Below, one piece after another: positions 62,446 through 64,000 of a stretch of DNA of 64,000 nt; the stretch's first letter is position 1; each line of letters starts with the position of its first letter. The notes under the pieces were generated by a model. It did not search any database. It had not been told where the DNA came from and saw only the letters and a program-made list of their open reading frames with translations. The translations under genes were made by a program, and so were the position numbers. Origin of the DNA: Acaryochloridaceae cyanobacterium VAR_48_metabat_390 (GTDB lineage: Bacteria; Cyanobacteriota; Cyanobacteriia; Thermosynechococcales; Thermosynechococcaceae); assembly GCA_031422435.1 (NCBI GenBank), contig JANPLU010000030.1, positions 95,918 through 159,917 on the forward strand, read 5' to 3'.

Positions 62446-64000
62446 ATGCCGATCAGGTCTCTACAGAATTTTATAAACAGCTTCCCCTGTCGGTACTCGC
62501 TGCGGTTTGTCTTCACGGTACCTTTTGTGTTGCAGGTTGTGACGATCACCAGCTTGGTCGGATACCTCTCCTTTCGGAATGGGCAGAAAGCGGTCAATGA
62601 CCTCGCCCACCAGCTCCAACAGGAGGTGAGCGCTCGCGTTGAGCAACATCTCCATACCTACCTCACCCTCCCCCATCAGCTCAACCAGCTCAATGCGGAT
62701 GCGATACAGCAGGGGGTTTTGAACCTCCAAGACTTTCAACGCTCAGGGCGCTATTTGTGGAAGCAGGCGCAGGTGTATCAGACCATCAGTTGGCTGGGCT
62801 ACTATTTACCAACCGGAGAGGGCGCAGGCGCTGGGCGCTGGGTCAAGGGGCAGAAGGGGCTAACCATTGACCAAGTCAGCCGCAGCCCCAAAGGCGTATA
62901 TAGCGTCTACGCAACTAATGCTCAGGGCGATCGCCTAAAGGTCGTCAGCACCACTGAGTACAACCCTGTCCCCGATACTTGGTATCAAAATGCGCTAAAG
63001 GCTAGAAAGCCAGCCTGGGGTAAGGTCTTTGTGTCTCAAGCCTTTAAGAACTATGTGGCGTTGCCTGCGACCTATCCACTCTACAGTCGAGATCGTCGTC
63101 TGGTTGCCATTTTGGGCGTTGATTTACTGCTGTCCAACATTAGCGATTTTCTGCGCACCATTAAAGCCAGCCCTTCGGGCAAAATTTTTATCATTGAGCG
63201 CAGCGGGCTGTTGATTGCCAGCTCTGGAACACAATCTCCCTCTACCGTTGTGCAGGGTGTTACCCAGCGCCTGAATATTCTAGACAGCGCTGACCCCCAG
63301 ATGAAAGCCGTCGCCAAGCAGCTGGAAACCACCTTTGGATCCTTCAGCGCCATTCAGAAGCAGCAAGAACTGATCTTGCCACTTTCGCTCAATTCTTCTT
63401 TTGGGCAGCAGCAGCGTCAGTTTGTCCATGTCACTCCCTGGCAAGATCGGTTTGGGCTGGACTGGCTGGTGGTCGTGATGGTGCCAGAATCTGACTTTAT
63501 GGCTCAAATTAACGCCAATACCCAGACCACGCTCGCCCTTTGTCTGCTCGCCCTTTGTCTCTCTATTGCGATCGGCATTCTAACCGCACGCTGGGTCGCC
63601 CACCCTGTTCTGCGCTTAAACCAAGCGGCAAAAGCCATTGCCAGTGGAGATTTAGAGCAAATTGTGGAGTCATCAGAGCGCCAAGACGAGGTGGGGGAGC
63701 TAACCCAATCTTTTAACAATATGGCGAAGCAATTGCAAACCTCTTTTGGAGATTTACAGTCCTTAAACACCGCCCTCAACGAGAGTCAGCAGCAGTTAGC
63801 CCAGACCAATCAAACCCTAGAACAACAGGTTCAAGAACGCACCCATGAACTATCCTTTGCCCTGGCGCAGCTTCAGGATGCTCAAGACGAAGTTATTCAA
63901 TCGAAAAAGATGGTGCAATCGGAAAAAATGGCCGATCTGGGTCAGCTCATTGCGGGGATTGTCCACGACATTAATACGCCCTTGGGAGCCATCCAAGCCT
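62446..64000 (+). CDS. Second paralogous Cache-HAMP sensor histidine kinase (3' truncated by window edge; not in ORF track)
   Basis: Frame read by hand, open from ATG 62446 to the end: MPIRSLQNF...VPFVLQV...[16 protein letters not shown]...[13 protein letters not shown]...[16 protein letters not shown]. Confidence 0.9.
   Translation, partial: MPIRSLQNFINSFPCRYSLRFVFTVPFVLQVVTITSLVGYLSFRNGQKAVNDLAHQLQQEVSARVEQHLHTYLTLPHQLNQLNADAIQQGVLNLQDFQRSGRYLWKQAQVYQTISWLGYYLPTGEGAGAGRWVKGQKGLTIDQVSRSPKGVYSVYATNAQGDRLKVVSTTEYNPVPDTWYQNALKARKPAWGKVFVSQAFKNYVALPATYPLYSRDRRLVAILGVDLLLSNISDFLRTIKASPSGKIFIIERSGLLIASSGTQSPSTVVQGVTQRLNILDSADPQMKAVAKQLETTFGSFSAIQKQQELILPLSLNSSFGQQQRQFVHVTPWQDRFGLDWLVVVMVPESDFMAQINANTQTTLALCLLALCLSIAIGILTARWVAHPVLRLNQAAKAIASGDLEQIVESSERQDEVGELTQSFNNMAKQLQTSFGDLQSLNTALNESQQQLAQTNQTLEQQVQERTHELSFALAQLQDAQDEVIQSKKMVQSEKMADLGQLIAGIVHDINTPLGAIQA

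Larger units (their letters stand above)
3226..62934. repeat. HIP1 octamer GCGATCGC (often GGCGATCGCC) dispersed throughout the window
   Basis: Many copies, e.g. 3226, 54836, 55932, 58691, 62927; hallmark of many cyanobacterial genomes. The coordinates span first to last copy noticed. Confidence 0.95.

Noticed and set aside
925..63779. Numerous 60-145 aa ORFs antisense to or out of frame within long genes (e.g. 12639-13040, 20670-21005, 40625-41062, 62461-62739, 63504-63779)
   Set aside because: They are shadows of well-supported genes and have no recognisable motifs.
1..64000. CRISPR array, tRNA/rRNA, IS or prophage genes
   Set aside because: No regularly spaced repeats, cloverleaf-like segments, transposase or phage proteins were recognised by eye; a covariance-model scan would be needed to exclude small RNAs.

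Overview
Cyanobacterial chromosomal window. Evidence: frequent HIP1 GCGATCGC sites, pebAB, psb34 and a PatA-type regulator. Most of 1-52 kb is housekeeping: katE, glgP, gcvP, mlaE, argG, a NifS-like desulfurase, msrA, rnhB, selO, pebAB, tig-clpP-clpX, ureD-ureA and a pyrF-pyrE fusion. It also holds a small PSII-assembly/high-light cluster and two small genes missing from the ORF track. The standout is a tightly packed same-strand cluster at about 52.5-64 kb: a stand-alone receiver, a REC-GGDEF-EAL protein, a condensation-less NRPS-like enzyme (A-NMT-PCP-reductase; my hand-read specificity code suggests a basic amino acid), an NNMT/PNMT-family methyltransferase, and two paralogous Cache-HAMP histidine kinases. 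In both kinases the Arg of the amino-acid-binding Cache motif appears replaced by Asp. This layout suggests a 'make an N-methylated amine, sense it, switch c-di-GMP' circuit, i.e. a candidate autoinducer system. That function is inference, not demonstrated. I recognised no rRNA, tRNA, CRISPR array or transposase. All family calls are from motif reading without database searches.
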